The notes under the pieces are model-generated. The model ran no database searches. It was not told the origin of the DNA and was given only the letters and a program-made list of their open reading frames with translations. A stretch of 64,000 bases of DNA from Felis catus (lineage: Eukaryota). This document shows positions 24,563-36,900 of this stretch, in pieces. The position numbers were made by a program, and so were the translations under genes. The stretch is from positions 120,096,001 through 120,160,000 of the forward strand of contig NC_058368.1 of the NCBI RefSeq assembly GCF_018350175.1, in the 5' to 3' direction. Positions within the stretch are counted from its first letter, which is position 1; every line of letters begins with the position of its first letter.

Positions 24563-25745
24563 TAATTTATCTATTTGATACATGCAATAGCATATCTGTT
24601 GGAAGAAGATGCACTTAGTATGATGGGGAAGAGGAGGAGGATGATAGTTAAAATTAACTGAAGGGTTGTCATGTGGTCAGCATTTGGTACTATTTATTCC
24701 TAATGAATCATAAAAAGAGTTGCAGATTGAGAAACTATATAACAGAAATTTACTTCCTCATCCAAGGTCACCGAGCTAGGGTTAAGCTAAATCTTATTTC
24801 ATATCTCCTTAGAAGTAGAACTTTGCAGCCAGCACAAAACATGGTAGAATTAGTGCTGGATGACAACTCTCTTACTTTTTCTACCTACTCAGTTGTATAT
24901 ATTTATTTTTATTCCAGTTAGTTAACTTATGGTGTTATATTAGTTTCAGGTGTACAATATAGTAATTCAGCACTTCCATACATCACCCAGTGCTCATCAC
25001 AAGTACCCTCCTTAATCCCCATCACTTATTTCACTCCCTGCTTCCATCTGGTAGCCATAAGTTTATTCTCAATAGTTAAGAGTCTCTTTCTTGATTTGTC
25101 TCTCTTTTTCCCCCTTTGCTTATTTGTTTTGTTTCTTTAATTCCACATGAGTGAAACCATGTGGCATTTGTCTTTCTCTGACTTATTTCCTATAGAATTA
25201 TACTCTCTGGCTCCATCCATGTCACTGCAAATGGCAAAATTTCATTCTTCTTCATGGCTGAATAATGTTCCATTGTGTATTCCACATCTTCTTTATCCTA
25301 CCCGTTGATGGACAATTGGGCTGCATCCATATTTTGGCTATTGTAAATAATTCTGCTATAAACATAAGGGTAAATGCCAACTAGTGCAATTACTGGATCA
25401 TAGAATAGTTCCATGTGTAACTTTTGGAGGAACCTCCATAAGGTTTTCCACATAGGCTGCACCACTGTGCATTCCCACCAACAGTGCATGAGGGTTCCTT
25501 TCATTCCACATCATTTTCAATGCTTGTTGTTTCTTGTGTTGTTGATTTTAGCCATTTTGACAACAATGAGGTGATAGCTCATTGTGATTTTGATTTGTAT
25601 TTCCCTGATGATAAGTGATGATGGACATCTTTTCATGTGTTGGTTGGCCATCTGTACGCCTTCTTTGGAGAAATGTCTGTTCATGTCTTCTGCCCATTTT
25701 TAATGGGATTACTTGTTTTGGGGGGTTGAGTTGTATAAGTTCTTT

Positions 25746-25988
25746 TTTGTTAATGTTTATTTATTTATTTTTGAGGGAGGGAGGGAGAGGGAGAGAGAGA
25801 AAGACAGAGACAGAGAGAGAGAGTGTGTGATTGGGGGTGGGGAGACAGAAAGAGAGGGAGACACAGAATCTAAAGCATCTCCAGGCTCTGAGCTGTGAAC
25901 AGAGACTGACAAAGGGCTCATACCCATGAGCCGTGAGACCGTGACCTGAGCCAAAACCAGAAGCCCAACCAAGCTACTCAGGCGCCCC
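25746..25988 (-). mobile_element. Can-SINE nested in L1
   Basis: Head and tail motifs; TSD tgtataagttcttt / tgtataacttcttt. Confidence 0.92.
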
Positions 25989-26002
25989 TGTATAACTTCT
26001 TT

Positions 26003-26218
26003 TTTTTGTAATTTTTTTTAAAGTTTATTTATTTTTGAGAGAGAGACAGACTGCAAGTGGGGGAAGTTCGGAGAGAGGGAGACACAGAATCCAAAGCAGG
26101 CTCTAGGCTCTGAGCTGTCAGCACAAAGCCTGACACGGGCCTCAAACTTACAGATCACAAGATCATGACCTGAGCCAAAGTCAGATGCTTAACCAATTGA
26201 ACGACCCAGATAACCCCC
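26003..26218 (-). mobile_element. Can-SINE nested in L1, tandem to the previous one
   Basis: Head and tail motifs; followed by gtttcacttcttt, a third degenerate target copy. Confidence 0.92.
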
Positions 26219-28431
26219 GTTTCACTTCTTTATAGATTTTGAATACTAACCCTTTATCAGACATGTCATTTGCAAATACCTTCTCCAATTCTGTAGGCTG
26301 CCTTTTAATTTTGTTGATTGTTTCCTTTTCTGTGCAGAAGCTTTTTATCTTAATGAGGTCCCTGTAATGAATTTTTGCTTTTGTTTCCCTTGCCTCTGGA
26401 GACATGTCTAGTAAGTTGGTATGGCTGATATCAAAGAGGTTGCTGCCTGTGTTCTCCTCTAGAATTTTGATGTTTTCCTGTCTCACATTTAGGTCTTTCA
26501 TCAATTTTAAATTTATTTTTGTGGATGGTGTAAGAAAGTGGTCTAGTTTCATTCTTCTGCACGTTGATGTCCAGTTTTACTAACACCATTTGTTGAAAAG
26601 ACTGTCTTTTTTCCATCATATATTCTTTCCTGCTTTGTTGAAGATTAGTTGACCAAATAGTTATGGGACCATTTCTAGGTTTCCTAGTTTATTACCTTGA
26701 TCTGTGTGTCTATTTTTGTGCCAGTACCATACCTTTTTTATTACTACAGCTTTGTAATATACCTTGAAGTCTAGACTTATGATACCTCTAGCTTTTCTTT
26801 TCTTTTTCAAGGTTGCTTTGGCTTTTGGCGGTCTTTTCTGGTTCCATACAAATTTTAGGATTGCTTGTTCTAGCTTTCTGAAAATGCTGTTGGTAGGTTG
26901 ATAGGGATTGCATTAAATGTAGAGATTGCTTTGGGTAGCAGAGACATTTTAACAATGTTTTTTCTTCCAACCCATGAGCATGGAATGTCTTTCCATATCT
27001 TTGTGTCATCTGCAATTTCTTTCATTGCTTTCAGAGTATACGTCTTTAATCTCTTTGGTTAGGTTTATTCCTAGCTGTCTGGTGCAATTGTAAATGGGAT
27101 TGTTTCCTTAATTTCTCTTTCTGCTACTTTGTTATTGGTGAATAGAAATGCAACAGATTTCTGTATGTTGATTTTGTATCCTGCAACTTACTGAATTCAT
27201 TTATCTGGTCTAGCAATTTTTTTTGGTGGAGTCTTTCAGGTTTTCTATATGTAGTATAATGTCATCTGCAAATAATGAATGTTGTACTTTCTCCTTACTC
27301 TTTTGGATGCCTTTTATTTCCTTTTGTTGTTTGATTGCTGTGGCTAGGAGTTCCAGTACTGTGTTGAAAAAGAAATGCTGAGAGTAGATGTTCTTGTCTT
27401 GTTCCTGACCTTAGAGGAAAATTTCTCAGTTTTTCTCCATTAAGGATGATGTTAGCCATGGATTTTTCATAGATGGCCTTTATTACATTATTCAGGGTTT
27501 TTATCATGCCTGAGTGTTGTACTTTGTCAAATACTTTCTCTATGTCTATTAAAAAGATTATATCGTTCTTCTCCTTTCTCTTATTGATGTGATGTATCAC
27601 ACTGATTGATTTTCAAATATTGAATGATGCTTGCAACCGAGGAATAAATCCCATTTGATTGTGGAGAATGTTTTTTTTTTTTTTTTAATGCATTGTTGAA
27701 TTCGGTTTGTTAGTATTTTGTTGAGGATTTTTGAATCTATGTTTAGCAGGGATATTGGCGTGTAGTTCTCTTTTTTAATGGTGTCTTTATCTGGTTTTGG
27801 TATCAGAGTAATGCTGGCCTCATAGAATGAGTTTGAGAGTTTCCTTCTTTTTCTATTTTTTGGAATAGTTTGAGAAGGATAGGTATTAACTCTTCTTTAT
27901 ATGTTTGGTAGAATTCTTCTGTGAGGCCATCTGGTTCTGGACTTTTGTTAGGGGCTTTTTTGATTACTAATTCAATTTCTTTGCTCATTATCAGTCTGTT
28001 CAAATTATCTCTTGCTTCCTGTTTCAGTTTTGATAGGTTATATGTTTCTAAGAATTGATCCATTTCTTCTAGGTTGTTCAATTCATTTGGAAAACTATTG
28101 CATGTAGTTTTTCTTAATATTCTCTTACAATTGTTTGTATTCTGTGGTGTTGGTGGTTATTTGTTCTGTTTCATTGGTAATTTTATTTAGATCCTCTTTT
28201 TGTTTTTATGAATCTTGGTAGGGGTTTATCAGTTTTGTTCATCTTTCAAAGAACTAGCTTCTGGTTTCGTTAATTTTTTCTGTTGTTGGGGTTTTGCATG
28301 TATGTGTGTGTGTTTAGTTTTTATATCACCTATTTCTGATCTAATTTTTATTATTTCCTTCCTTTTGCTGGTCTTGTTTTTTGTTTAGTGTTCTTTTTCT
28401 AGATCCTTTGCATGTAAAGTTAGGTTCTTTA

Positions 28432-28661
28432 TTTTTTATTAATATTAAAAATTTTTTTAAATGTTTATTCATTTTTGAGAGGAGAGAGACAGAGTATGAG
28501 CAGGGGAGGGGCCGAGAGATGGAGAGACATAGAATCGGAAACAAGCTCCAGGCTCTGAGCTGTCAGCACAGAGCCCAACACAGGGCTCGAACCCACAAGC
28601 CATGAGATCATGACCTGAGCCGAAGTTGGATGCTCAACCAACTGAGCCTCCCAGGTGCCCC
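28432..28661 (-). mobile_element. Can-SINE nested in L1 ORF2
   Basis: Head and tail motifs; TSD aggttctttattt / aggtactttattt. Confidence 0.93.
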
Positions 28662-30219
28662 AGGTACTTTATTTGAGATTGCTTTTTGAGGTAAGCCTGT
28701 ATTGCTAAAAATTTGCCTTAGAGCTGCTTTGCTGTATCCCAGAGGTTTTAGACTATTGTGTTTTCATTTTCATTTGTTTCCTTTTTTTATTTTTTAATTT
28801 CTTCTTTTATTTCCGGAGTGACCCATTTATTATTTAGCAGCATGTTATTAACCTCCATGTATTTGTGGCCTTTCCAGATTTTTTCTTTTGGTTGACTTCT
28901 AGTTTCATACTGTTGTGGTCAGAAAAGATGAATGGTATGACTTCGATCTTTTTAAATTTGTTGAGGCTTGTTTTGTGGACTAATATGTGGTGTATTCTGG
29001 AGAATATTCCATGTGTATTTGAAAAGAATGTATATTCTGTTTTAGGATGGAATGCTCTGAATATATCTGTTAGATCCACCTGGTCCAGCATATCACTCAA
29101 ACCCACTGTTTCCTTGGTGATTTTCTGTTTAGATGATATGCCCATTGATCTAAATGGGGTATTAAAGTCCCCTACTATTATTGCATTATTATCTATTAGT
29201 TTTTTCATGTTTATTGTTGAGTGTTTTCTTTATTTGGGTGTGCTCACATTTGGTGCATAAATATTTATTCTTAAAACTCCAGTCTTTAAGTCCTGCTGGT
29301 TTCATGAACTCACAAAATTTGGCCCCTCTTGCTTTCCAAGCCAACTGCTATGGGGGTTTGTCTTACCCATGTGCTGCCCTGTGTGCTTGTCTGTCTCTCG
29401 CCCTTCTCCATGACTGCAGTCCTCTTCCCACTGCAGTGGCACCTCTCTGCGTCTCTCCAAAACTGGGTTCATGCACTTCCTACCTTCTTTGATGTGGTCT
29501 CTCCTCTACCTTTAGTTGTAGGGTTTGTTCTGCCAGTCTTCAGGTCATTTGCTGGAGTATTCAGGATGATTTGATAGTTATATAGTTGTATTTCTGCAAT
29601 AAGATGAGCCTACTCTGCCCTATCTTCTACATCTAATTATAGTCAATATTTTTGAATATAGACAAGTAGAGGGAAGTACTAAATTATCACCCATATATTA
29701 ACCTCCAAGACTTAATAATTTTCCATATATGTATATGGATCTGTGTGTACATGTATTACATGTGTGTATATTTACTGAAGTATTTTAAGATAAATTAAAG
29801 AATTAATAACATTTTACTTCTAAATTCACCACTATGCATCTCTACAAGTGAAGACATTTTCTTATATAACTTAAATGAATTTATACCTAAGAAATCATAT
29901 TTTCATAATTATCTCAAAAATGACTACTTCACCTTGATTATTCCAACTAGTATGCAGTCAATGATGACACCTAGCATTTGATTGGTATATCTCTTAAAAT
30001 TTCAATTTAGCACACTCCCTGCTACCTTCTCCACCCTCCTATCCCCTGAAAAGACTTCTTGAAAAATTAGGCCTATTATCTTTCAGAAATGTCCCACTTT
30101 CTGGATTTGTGTGATTATTTCCTTGTTTTCTTATTACTTGTTTTTGTTTTTCCTGTAAATGTAAGTTAGACCTACAGATTGTATAAAATTTAATTAAAAT
30201 CTTTTTGTTAGAATTGCCT

Positions 30220-30440
30220 GAGGATGCTTGGGTGGTTCAGTGGGCTAAGCATCCAACTTTGGCTCAGGTCATGATCTCACGGTCTGTGGGTTTGAACCCT
30301 CATTGGACTCTGTGCTGACAGCTCAGGGCCTGGAGCCTGCTTCTGATTCTTTGTCTCCCTCTCTCTCTGCTCCTCCCCTGCTCATGCTCTGTTTTTCTCT
30401 GTCTCTCAAAAATAAATAAACATTTAAAAAATTAAAAAAG
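30220..30440 (+). mobile_element. Can-SINE
   Basis: Head, (CT)n and A tail; short TSD agaattg. Confidence 0.92.
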
Positions 30441-30588
30441 AATTGTTTGTATGCAATACCATTAATTTCATAATGAATTATATGTCGAGGCATATAACAC
30501 ATGTTTTTCTCACTTATAGTGGTTATAAGATTGAGGCCTGCATTCAGGTGGTAAAGGCTAGGTCCTTCTATTATAAACTTACATTTCC

Positions 30589-30816
30589 TGGGATGCCTGG
30601 GTGGCTCAGTCAGTTAAGCGTCCGACTTCATCTCAGGTCATGATCTAGTCGTTCATAAATTTGAGCCCCAGGTCGGGCTCTGTGCTGACAGCTCGGAACT
30701 TGGAACCTGGAACCGGCTGCAGATTCTGTGTGTCTCTCTCTGCCCGTCCCCTGCTCACAGTCTGTCTCTCTCTCTCTCAAAAAACAAAAGTAAATAACCA
30801 AACAAATAAATAAATA
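30589..30816 (+). mobile_element. Can-SINE
   Basis: TSD ataaacttacatttcc / ataaactcacatttcc. Confidence 0.93.
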
Positions 30817-31159
30817 AACTCACATTTCCCACTTTATGACCAGAAAGATGATGGATTGATATTTTGCATCTTGTGAATGTGTGGTTTTCCAGTAACTTCT
30901 TATTTAATTGCTTAAACACTTATTATTGCTCCTTTCTTGAATTGATTATATTTTAGGCATTGATTTTTTAATGCTTTACACATTTATCAACTACAATTCA
31001 TCTGTGAAGGTCTTTTCGATCAAACTAGGGCTGTTTGATCACCCTGAATTCTAGTATCTATTATAAAGGCAAGATAAACAATGATTTTCATTTAAGCATA
31101 ACTTTTTAGAGAAATGGTAACAAATGAGGATTTTTATGTGTTTCTTTTGGTTTTGGTTC

Positions 31160-31338
31160 TTTTTATTAATGTTTATTTGTTTATTATGGGGGGGGAGGAG
31201 GGAGAGAGAGAGTCCCATGTAGGCTCCTCATTGTCAGTGCAGAGCCGATGTAGGGCTCGATCTCACAAACCTTAAGATCATGACCTTAGCTGAAATCAAG
31301 AGTCAGTTGCCTAACTGACAGAGCCACTCAGGCACCCA
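31160..31338 (-). mobile_element. Can-SINE
   Basis: TSD ggttttggttcttttta. Confidence 0.92.
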
Positions 31339-32627
31339 GGTTTTGGTTCTTTTTAAGTACAAATGTAGTATAAAGGATTTTAATGTACTAATGTGTTAAA
31401 ATAAGTTAGTGTTCTTTTTAATACTCGTTTGTCTCCTTTGAATTATCTCCTTCCATTTATCAACTCTATTCTTTTACTACAACCCAATTAGTCTCTGAAA
31501 CTGTTCTTGCTTTCAGGCAAAAGATGTCCCAGGTACATCTAAGTCCTCTTACCTTCTTCATACCTGGAATCAACTATTTCTCCAAAGAGCTCAATTTCCA
31601 TCAAAAGGGTTGGTGCTTAGAGACCAAAATCTGGTGTTGGAATGGCATTGCTTTTAGGTTCTTTTAACAGTGGACAAAACTAAAAAATGCATTTAATATA
31701 TGTACATTTACATGTGCATAATATGTTTATGCATCTTTAAAAACAGTTATATTAGTTTGAATTTTTATTCAACTACTTGAATTTTACACTTGTGTCTGTT
31801 ACCTTTTCTATTGTTTTGAAAATCTGTGATTTCTAATTACATTAACATAATTGTTTATTTACATTTTCCTTCAATGTCTGTAAAACATCTTTAGGTTACA
31901 GCTACATGTACTGAATGAATTTTATCTTTTTTGCAGCTCTGGTTGTTCTTAGTGTAGATCTCACTGTGTATGTTCAGTTCAAGAAACACATTCTACAGGC
32001 ACCCAAAATGATTACTTCTCTCTGTTATGATATTTTTGTTTACTATTTTTTTAATATACAAAATGCATGGTTAGGGTTAAAACTATATATATGAAATGGT
32101 ACTCTAAGGCAATTCTCATTGTCTTCTCTCTTCCCATTATACCAATTCTCCCACCTCTACAGGGAACCATTTTTATTAGTTTTTGATTTATCTTTTCACT
32201 GATGCTTTTTCCCAGCAATATCCTATATGCATACATAGTTTCTCTCTTTTCTTACACAAAATGCAGCCTAATAAATCAGTGAAAAATGTAAGTTAAAAAG
32301 AAGGTTATCTCTGCATCTTGGAATTCACTTCATGTCAGCACAGAGAGTGCTTCCTCCCTCTTCTTACAGCTGCATGATATTCTGATGTGTGCTTCTATCA
32401 TCATTTACTCAACCAGCTCCCTCTTGATGAACATTTGCATTATTTGCAATCATTTGCTATTAAAAATAATGCCACAAAAAGTAACCTGACACATAATTAA
32501 ATTCCTGCTTTTTCAGGTGTACTCTGGTCAAAAGGTTAATGCATATTTAATTCCGTTAGCTCTTGTCAAGTTTCCTTTTATAGGGAAGCATTATACTCGT
32601 ATCAGCTGTGTCTGAGAGTGTCTATTT

Positions 32628-33135
32628 CCTTGTTTCAGTTTATGCTGCATAAAATATTACTACAAAGCCTATTTGCTTGACAACCACCATTTAATTGACT
32701 TAGTTCATAATTTTTCAAGTAGGTGATTTAGCCTAGGTGCAAGTGAATAGTTCTTGCGTCAGCTTGGCTCCATCACGGATCTGTGGTCACCTGCAGATCA
32801 GCTTTTGAGATTGGTTGGCTGTAGTTGAGATAGAAGGGAGGTGACCAAGTTAAGTGTCTCTCATCCAGAAAAGTAGCCCAGGCATGTTCACATGGTGACT
32901 GAGCAGAGTTCATGGAGAACAGAAGGAATCACACAAGGCTTCTTGAGGGCTAGGCTAGACCTCACATAACATTACTTCTCTTGCATTCTATTTGTCAAGC
33001 TCAGTCACAAGAATGCCCACGTGAGGGGAATGGACTCCATATCTTAATCAGAAGAGTTGCAAAATCACGTTGCAAAGAGGTCTGGTTGTAGGGGAAGTAA
33101 TAATTGGGGCCAATTTTACAAATGATCCATCACAT
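32628..33135 (-). mobile_element. MLT1 (MaLR) LTR
   Basis: gtttcagtttatgctgcataaaatattactacaaa start, cacaaggcttcttgagggctaggc, actccatatctt...ttgcaaaatcacgttgcaaag, ends ccatcaca. Confidence 0.8.
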
Positions 33136-33924
33136 GTCCTTGCCAATATAGCACATTGTTATGATTATGAATTTCTGCTAGTCTCTTTGGTTTAAAAAAT
33201 AGTACTTTAGTGGATTTTAATTTGCATTTCTATTGTTAGGAATACAATGGAAATGTATGTCTGTAAACAGTCTCTTCATGTCTCTTGGCCATTTTTTCTG
33301 TCAGATTGTTTTTCTTGATTTTTACCTAAGGGCTTTTTATGTATTAGATTAGTTGCTTACCTATACTATAAATTTGAGTCCCCTTCTCCAGTTTGTCATG
33401 TATTACTTCTAGTGTATTATTTTTCCAAACGTAAGTTGAAAGATATTTATATAGTTAACCATTTTTTCCTTTATGGCTCCTAAATTTTTGATTCATAGTT
33501 AAAAGATTTTCCTTACTCCTAGATTTTGGAAGGATTTACCTTGTTTCCTTCTAGTTTTATTCATTTTAGAACCATCTAATGTGCCCAAATTAACAGCTTG
33601 CTAAGTAGAGTTTCTTCTAACTCCATTCAGTGCTGACATATTTCAAGCTCATTCTCTGAAGGCAGCTTTTTGTTGGAGAAAGTACAGGGTGCTCTTTCCT
33701 TCAGGCTGCTGAGAGAGAGACAGAAAGGCAGAGGAGGGATTAACAGAGGGACCCTGATCCGACACATGGATTTCTTTCCAGAAGCTCACATGTAAGTTTT
33801 GATTAAGATCTAGAACGTCAGTTTCCATAGAAAGAGTCTCAAACATGAGGGTTATGTCCTTTTACATCTCACCAGCTTTGATTTACCTCCATCGTAGAAT
33901 AAATCAACTGTGTTTAGAGTTCTT

Positions 33925-34270
33925 TACTGCCCATTCCTGTTACCATCTCTAGGCCTGATGAGGCAGGGCGGGGAAGTACCATTATCAGTGGTAAATGATA
34001 ACAGACTGGAGTTTAGAAGGTAGGCCACCTAAAGGAGTTGTGGTCATCAAGTGATATGTCCAGTGCTCTAACACAGTGCTCAAGCAAACAGAGAACACAG
34101 TAGAAAAAAAATATCCCAGTTGCATCTTCTGATACTGTGTCATTTCCTCTAACTGGTCAAACTCCAGAGAGCAGAGGTCAAATGACCCCAGGTGATTTAA
34201 TCCATAAAGGTCAGCACGCAGTGCATGGAGATGAGGAGGGAAGAGTGGACAATGATGAAAGGTTATAATG
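33925..34270 (-). mobile_element. LTR33-like fragment
   Basis: ctgttaccatctctaggcctgatgaggcaggg and atccataaaggtcagc motifs shared with 1230-1690. Confidence 0.5.
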
Positions 34271-34462
34271 AAAGATTTACCCTATAGTTAGAGGCTCCAA
34301 TAGTCCAGGCTGAGAATTTCAGGGCATCAGGATCTATATTATCATGAATGTTAGAATATTTCTTGGTTTGGATTGTCTCCCCAGTCTTTACCTCTAGACA
34401 AGGGAGAGCTTGAGGACATCTATATATCCTTCCCTTGACTCAGGATGTAAAACATGAGAGTA

Positions 34463-34683
34463 GGGGCGCCTGGGTGGCGCAGTCGGTTAAGCGTCCGGCT
34501 TCAGCCAGGTCACGATCTCGCGGTCCGCGAGTTCGAGCCCCGCGTCGGGCTCTGGGCTGATGGCTCAGAGCCTGGAGCCTGTTTCCAATTCTGTGTCTCC
34601 CTCTCTCTCTGCCCCTCCCCCGTTCATGCTCTGTCTCTCTCTGTCCCAAAAATAAATAAACGTTGAAAAAAACAAAACAAAAC
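34463..34683 (+). mobile_element. Very young SINEC_Fc-like SINE
   Basis: CpGs intact; TSD aaacatgagag (34450-34460, 34684-34694). Confidence 0.97.
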
Positions 34684-35099
34684 AAACATGAGAGGAACAC
34701 AAAACAAGTTGAAGAGTGAGGAACAACTGACAAAAAACCTATTTTCCTCTTCAGTGCTTCCTCTTTCTCATTTTGTTTTGCTTTGGTTTGGTTTGTTTGT
34801 TTGTTTGTTTTTGAAAGCAGTAAAGAACTCCGGGTCTGCAGTTACAGAGCTGTGTTCACCTGTTGGCTCCTACTGAACAGCTTTGCAAGCTTCCACGAAT
34901 TCTTAATGTCTATAAGCCATGGTTGCTTTATCTATGAAAGAGAAATAGTAAAAGTACTTCAGTCAGTTACTTGGAGGATTCTTTTTCTTTTCTTTTTATT
35001 TTTTTAAATTAATTTTAGAGGATTCTTTTGAGGATTAAAAGAGATAATTTGTATTAAGTTCCTGCTGTAAAATATTAGGTGCTCAAAAATATTAGGTGC

Positions 35100-36285
35100 A
35101 AGATAGATCCATGACCTAAATGTAAAAGCTAACAATAAGACTGCTAGAAGAAGAAAATACAAGGATAAATCTTCATGAACTTGGATTTGTCAACAGATTC
35201 TTATATATGTCATGAAAAGCACAAGGAACAAAAGAATTTCAGGATACCAGGATCTATGGCATTGTAAATGTGAGCATATTGCACAAACTATTCGTAAAAT
35301 ATATATTAAAAGAGTTATATTGGGATTTATCAAAATTAAAAACTTGTTCCAAGAAGGAACATTAACAGGAAAAATGAAAAGGCAACCTACAGAATGGCAA
35401 AGAGTATTTGAAAATCATATTTCTTATAAGGTTCTGGGATCCAGTGGAGAATGGAGAATGGAGAGTGGTGAATGAGCAAGTGCTCAGTATGTACACAATA
35501 ATTTTGGGGTTGCTGAAAATGTTTTAGAACTAGGTAGAGGTTGTGGCTGCACAACCTGGTAAGTGTACTAAATGCCACTGAATTGCTTCCTTTAAAGTGG
35601 TTAATTTTACATTGTGTGAATTTTACCTCAATTAGAAAATACAGAATAAAAACCAGGAGAAAAGAAGTAGGTGGTGATAGAGGTGAAAAAATATTGGCTA
35701 TGATTTGATAATGGGCATATTAAGATTCATATAGTACTTTGTCTATTTCGTATGTGTTAACATTTTTCCATAAAAATTAAATGAAAGAAAGTGCACATGT
35801 GCACATACATGCAGTGAAATATTTTTCAGCCAAAGAAAGGAACGAAATCTTGCCATTAGTGACAACGTGATTGGACCTAGAGGGTATGGTGCTAGGTGAA
35901 ATAAGTCAAAGAACCATAAATACTGCGTGATTTCCGTTATGTGTGGAATCTAAAAAGCGAAACAGAAACACACACAGATACAGAAAGCAACTTGTTGATT
36001 AGCAGAAGGGAGAGGGGCTGGAGGGGGGAGGTGCAGACAAATAGGTGAAGGGGATTAGGAGGTACAAAATTCCAGTTATAAAATAAAAATGTCACGGGGG
36101 TCTAATGTACAGCATGAGTCATGTAGTCATTAATACTGTAATAACTTTGTATGGTGATGGATAGTAACTAGTCTTATTGTGGGTATCATTTTGTAATGTA
36201 TAAAAGTATGAAAACATTAATATGTATACCTGAAACTAATATGATATGGTATTTCAACTAAACTTCAATGAAAAAAAATAAAGCA
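35100..36285 (+). mobile_element. Stacked L1 3' fragments (about 35100-35640 and 35790-36285)
   Basis: gacctaaatgtaaaagct, aaaatgaaaaggcaacctacagaatgg, and two separate L1 3'UTR ends. Confidence 0.8.
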
Positions 36286-36559
36286 ATATTTTTTTTAAAA
36301 AGTTAACTGCAATTTAATTTTGCAGCGGATGGAGTTTTTACACAATTTAACGAACTCCTTGCACAACAGATTGCAGTCTCAGAGGTTTCCCTCTATTTTC
36401 TATCTTGGACTACATAGCTTCTATGGATTTTTGTAAAAGGTATTAACCACACCCACTCTCCAATTTTAACCCATCCATACCAAGTAGTTAGGAAGTAATT
36501 ATCTCACTCTTGATAGCTGTATGATGCTCTTTTTTTCCTCATACTATCAAGATGAGGTT

Positions 36560-36900
36560 CCCCATCTGGGTTTTCAGGAACATATTGGCTGATATAAATG
36601 AGAAATTGAAAAGTGGTTCAGGCATGGTTCAGGTGGTTCAGGTTTCAGGGGTGGCTTCATCTAGCGGCTCAACATAGTCATCAGGACTCTCCATCTCTCT
36701 GCAATGTCTCCATCTGCTTTGGTCTCATCAAGCTTTTCTTGTGTGGATATTAAAGCAATTACATATCCCCTCTTGGCATAGGTGGTAGGGGAGTTCCCAC
36801 CCACATCACAAGGCTCAGAGTGGAGGCAAGATGGCTCTTGAAGGAAAAGTGGTGTGCTAGCCCTCTATTCACAAAATAAAGGGACATGTTTGCTGGACAA
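36560..36900 (-). mobile_element. Old MLT1-like LTR fragment
   Basis: ggtttcaggggtggcttcatctagcggctcaacatagtcatcagg motif. Confidence 0.45.

Larger units (their letters stand above)
24897..29628 (-). mobile_element. Carnivore L1 with 5'UTR start, no ORF1, decayed ORF2 (EN to C-terminus) and 3'UTR
   Basis: ORF2 peptides IIVGDFNTP/SDHNSMKLE (28834-29208), [15 protein letters not shown] (27803-28081), FPLRSGTRQ (27295-27600), [12 protein letters not shown] (26181-26552); 29269-29628 resembles the carnivore L1 5' end. Confidence 0.9.
29640..33570 (-). mobile_element. Fragmented very old L1 (L1MC/ME-type) 3' sequence with nested SINEs and an LTR
   Basis: Patchy antisense L1 3'UTR motifs (catttgattggtatatctcttaa, ttttaatttgcatttct, ttggccattttt). 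Confidence 0.6.

Noticed and set aside
24319..24618. Recurring ORFs such as GAPGWRSRLSVRLQPGHDLAVREFEPRV (also near 34454 and 62995)
   Set aside because: These are translations of SINEC_Fc sequence, not a gene family.
26181..29260. Longer ORFs with RT/endonuclease motifs as a functional gene
   Set aside because: Fragments of one L1 ORF2 broken by stops, frameshifts and SINE insertions.
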